NCBI GenBank assembly: GCA_963745235.1 | Contig: CAVUXE010000052.1 | Span: forward strand, 274,009 to 338,008 | Origin: an uncultured Spirochaetota bacterium | GTDB lineage: Bacteria; Spirochaetota; Spirochaetia; SZUA-6; Fen-1364 | Length of the DNA stretch: 64,000 nt | Reading direction: 5' to 3' | Shown here: positions 60,001-64,000 of the stretch, piece by piece | Numbering within the stretch: the first letter of the stretch is position 1 | Layout of the letters: every line of letters starts with the position of its first letter | The notes under the pieces: generated by a model | Told to the model about the DNA's origin: nothing | What the model saw: only the letters and a program-made list of their open reading frames with translations | Databases searched by the model: none | Made by a program: the position numbers and the translations under genes

Positions 60001-63000
60001 CTCTACCTCTACGTGGACGGCGCGCAGGTCGGCACGGTTGCGAACGGCAGCGCCCAGCCGTACACGGGATGGTGGCGGCTCGGGGGCTACCAGCTTGGCG
60101 GCTGGGTGAACGGTAACAGCGGGTACTTTGCGGGCACCCTCGACGAAGCGCGCGTGTCGTACACGGCAAGGAGCGCCGATTGGTCAAAGGCCGAATACGT
60201 CAACCAGAACGCGCCGGGAAGCAATATTACCATCACGGGGCCTCCAACTCTGTGGACGTGGAATGCGCGCAGGCGTCGGCAACTGGTCGCTGGGCACAAA
60301 CTGGGACCAGGGCACCATTCCGAACAGCGGCACGAACCAGGTTGTCGTTGGCGGGACGGGAGGCCCGCAACTCACCCAGAACATCGCCATCCAGCAGCTC
60401 ACCATCCAGCCCGGGCACAGCGTGGATCTCAACGGCTACAAGCTGACGGTCAACGCGAACGGCCTGTCAAACCAGGGAACGATCTACTTCAGCGGCAAGC
60501 GGGAGCCAGCACCGACGGGATCACGGCGATGGACACCACCGCGGGGACGGTGGTGTATCGAACGACGAACGCCTCGATTCGGGAGTTCGGCACGACTGAC
60601 TATAACAACCTTACCGTTGACACGATCACCGCAAACCTGACTTCGAATATCACGGTCGCCGGGAACCTGGCGTTGGCGAATAACGGGACGCTGAACCTGA
60701 ACGGCTACACCCTGACGGTCCTGGGGGACATTACAGGGACCGGGACCATCGCGGTGGGCAGCGGGACGCTGGTGGCGCAGGGCAACCTGACGGTGAGCAC
60801 CTTGTCCGCCACAGCCGGACTGATCCAGGTTGCAAAGAACTTCGGTCCCACCAGCTTCACTCCGGGGAACGGGACCGTGCAGTTCATCAATACTGCCTGG
60901 AACGGCGGCGTGGTAGGCAGCCAGAGCTTCAACAACCTGACGATCGTCACGCCCGGGCAAGACCGTGCAATTCCAGCACGGGACCACGCAGACAGTGGCA
61001 AACTTCACCATCACGGGCTCGCTTGCGGGACAGGTGAGCCTGCAAAGCGACTCAGCAGGGAACCCGTGGACCATTTCTCCGACCGCTTCCTCCGTGGCTT
61101 ACGCGTTTGTGAAGGACAGCACCGCCAACTCATTGATCTACGCGAACAACAGCACGAACGGGGGCGGCAATAACGCAAACTGGGTGTTCAATGCGGCCGG
61201 CCAGCTCCATCATTTTGCCATCTCCGCCATAAGCACGCCCCAGACGGCCGGAGTTCCATTCTCGATCACGATCACGGCGCAGGATGTGTCGAACGCGACA
61301 GTGGCGGGCTTCACGGGGACGGTGACGATCACCGACCGCTCGGGAACTATCGTGCCCGCTGTAAGCGCGAGCTTCGTCGCTGGCGTGGACACCGAAACCG
61401 TGAACATCAGTGCCCCGACAACGAATGACACCATCGTGGTAAGCAACGGCACCATCCAGGGACAGAGCGCGGCGTTCACCGTCCAGGCGTATTCGGGATC
61501 GACAGGTCTCGTCGGCTGGTGGAAGTTCGATGACGGCGCGGGAACCACCGCCGTCGACTCCTCTGCGAGCGCGGCCAACGGGACCCTCGTGAACGGACCG
61601 GCGTGGACCGTCGGACGCATCGGGGGCGCGCTGAGCTTTAATGGAACCAACTCGTACGTCAGCGTGGTGAACCAGGCCCCCTACAACATCACGGCCGCCA
61701 TCACGGTGGCGGCGTGGGTGAAGGTCACATCGTTCACGACGGCGTGGCAGGCCGTGGTCACGAAGGGGGACAGTGCCTGGCGGCTGGTCCGGAACAACAC
61801 GACGAACGGCCTTTGCTTTGCCATCGACGGCGGACCCAATACGGTTTTTGGAACGAGGAACGTCAATGACGGGAATTGGCACCACGCAGCCGGCGTGTTC
61901 GACGGGACAACCCTGTACCTGTACATCGACGGCACCCTCGACGCGACCTTTACCGCGACCACGGGGACCATTTCCACGGATGCATTGCAATGTCTACATC
62001 GGTGAGAACGCGCAGGCCACCGGACGAGTCTTCAACGGGGCAATCGACGACGTGCGGGTATACAACGTTGCGCTGAACGCCGGCCAGATCTCCGCCTTGT
62101 ACTACGAGTCAACCACGTACACGTGGGTGGGGAGCACGACAAGCTGGACCACCGCCACCAACTGGTCACCGTACGGTCCTCCCGGCGCGGGGGACACTGC
62201 CGTCATTGCAGCCACGAGCTCTTCCACGTATCCCCAGTTGGCCGCCGGCACGAGCTGCAAGAACCTGCAGATAGCCAGCAGCGCATCCGTGGACCTCAAT
62301 GGCAACGCGCTGACCCTGGGCGGAACCCTGTCCAACGGCGGAACGATCCTCCTGCAGGGCGCCGAATCCATCAACGCTGGCGCTGGTTTCAGCAGCTCTG
62401 CGGGCAACGTCAATTACTACGGCACAATCGACTACTCGGCGGCGCCGGGAAAGCTGGTTGCCGGCAATACCTACTCGGCGCTGTCATTCACGGGATCAGC
62501 GGGAATATGGAAGCTGAACGCAAACGCCTCGGCGTCCAGCGTCCTCGTGGCATCCGGCTCCACCCTGGATCTTTCGACTTTCGGGATATCCAACGCATCG
62601 ACATTCGCAAACAACGGGACGGTCCGCATCTCGGGAGGGGCGCAGGCGATCTCGGGAACAAAGACCAATGGCACCACAAGCACGGTGGTGTATTACGGCG
62701 CCGGCGCTGGGCTGGCCTGGGGCGGCTCGTATCAGAACCTCACGATCAACGGGAGTGGAACATTCCCGGCATCGAGCGCCGTGACCATCCCCGGAACACT
62801 GACACTGAGCGCCGGTGCCCTGTCCAGCGGGGCCAACCAGGTCACCTTGTCCGGGAACTTCGTCAGCACGGGCGGGACCTTCTCCTCGACCGGCCTCTTT
62901 CTCTTCAACGGCGCGGGTCCGCAGGCCTTCAACCCCACGGGCAGCTCCTTCTCTGCCATAACCGTGAACGCGACGGGGCCGGTGACGCTGGGCGGGACGC

Positions 63001-64000
63001 TGACGATGTCAGGCGCGCTTGCGCTGACGTCGGGAGCGCTGGCTGCGGGCGGCAACGGGGTTTCCGTGGGAGGCAACATCTCGCGCGGCTCCGGGCTCAT
63101 CACCTCCACCGGCCTGGTGACGCTCAACGGAACCGGGACGCAGAGCGTGGATTTCACCTCCTCGACGCTGAGCAGCCTGACCGTGAGCAATACGTCGGGC
63201 GGCCAATCCGGCCGTGACTCTGGCATCCGCGGTCACGGTGCCCGCCACATTCACTCATTCTTCGGGGACCATCGACCTGAGCGGCCATGCCATTTCGGTT
63301 ACGGGCCCCGCGAGCCTCGGCGCAACTATCCAGAACAGCGGACTGGGGGCGGGCATTTCCGTCGGCGGAGCAACGACTCTTTCGGGAAACGCCTCCCTCT
63401 CCACGAACGGGGGCGCCGTCATATTCTCCAACCCCGTGGATGCCACGATCAGCGGGACACAGGGTCTGACAGTCAATGCAGGTGCAGGCACGGTGAGCTT
63501 TGGCGGAGCGGTTGGGGGCTCCACGCCTCTTGCATCGTTGTCGGTGACCTCCACGGCCGCCGCGGTAAATGCAATCACCATCGGCAACGTCACAACCAGC
63601 GCGTCGGGAGGCGCGCAGACCTACACGGGCAAGGTGACCCTCGGTACAGCGGCAACCTTGGGCACGAACAACGGCAACGTGAGCTTCACGGGAACAGTGG
63701 ACGGAACGGGCGCCGGGGCGCAGGGGCTGACGGTTGGCGCGGGCACCGGGACGGTGACCTTTGGCGGAGCTGTTGGAGGCAATACGACGCTGTCTGCTTT
63801 CAGCGTCACCTCTACTTCATCGTTCACAACCTCGGCGGGGGCCTCTCTCACTGTGGCGGGAGCCGGAGCGATCTCGATCACGGCGGATGCGGTCTCCATC
63901 GGGGCGGCCATGCAGACGACCAGCGGTCCCATCACGATCCAGCCCGTCACTGCTGCTCGGACCATCGCGATCAACGACGCCACCGGGGCGTTGAGTATGG
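57001..64000 (+). CDS. Giant secreted or surface protein: three DUF2341+LamG modules, Ig-like domain, a further LamG and beta-helix-like repeats; several frameshifts; runs off the window
   Basis: GGAGG SD and signal peptide; three repeats of AWV..P....T..Y.YYGN followed by LamG (DEVR); G/T/S/N-rich repeats; frame changes near 60270, 60510, 60960, 61985 and 63210-63250. Confidence 0.88.

Noticed and set aside
8700-63260. Frameshifts in DUF72, HNH, XDH subunits, livG and the giant gene as programmed frameshifting or phase variation
   Set aside because: They are scattered through unrelated genes with no slippery heptamers or repeat tracts, and include a compensating pair (60270/60510). Long-read indel error is the simpler explanation.

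Overview
High-GC bacterial chromosomal window, most consistent with a free-living Spirochaetia-type genome (spirochete-style 'AGGQ' solute-binding-protein N-terminus, MCP, giant DUF2341/LamG surface protein). The taxon is inferred, not proven. Many scattered single-base frameshifts suggest a long-read assembly, so broken ORFs are treated cautiously. Contents in order: a signalling cluster (LuxI/FeeM-like acyltransferase; 6TM-PP2C phosphatase fused to an Slr1658/SiaB-like kinase; Slr1659/STAS protein; convergent soluble CyaB-like adenylate cyclase; atypical P-II), two sugar ABC operons, GH13/GH4/GH18/GH42/cellulase-like glycosidases, MFS transporters, a NarL-type two-component system with an acyltransferase target, a DUF222-HNH gene, a small collagen-like protein, an imuA-imuB-dnaE2 mutasome divergent from srkA, a xanthine-dehydrogenase-family operon with a structured leader, maeB, a branched-chain-amino-acid-type ABC operon, an MCP, a DHA2 efflux pump and the first 7 kb of a giant secreted adhesin-like gene. 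No rRNA, tRNA, CRISPR array or transposase was seen. Strongest novelty candidates: (1) the synthase / 6TM phosphatase-kinase / STAS / adenylate cyclase circuit at 8-3902; (2) a riboswitch-like multi-stem leader that sequesters the XDH operon start codon; (3) parS-like palindromes inside the DUF222-HNH gene; (4) recurrent leaderless gene starts; (5) a candidate non-canonical SOS box.
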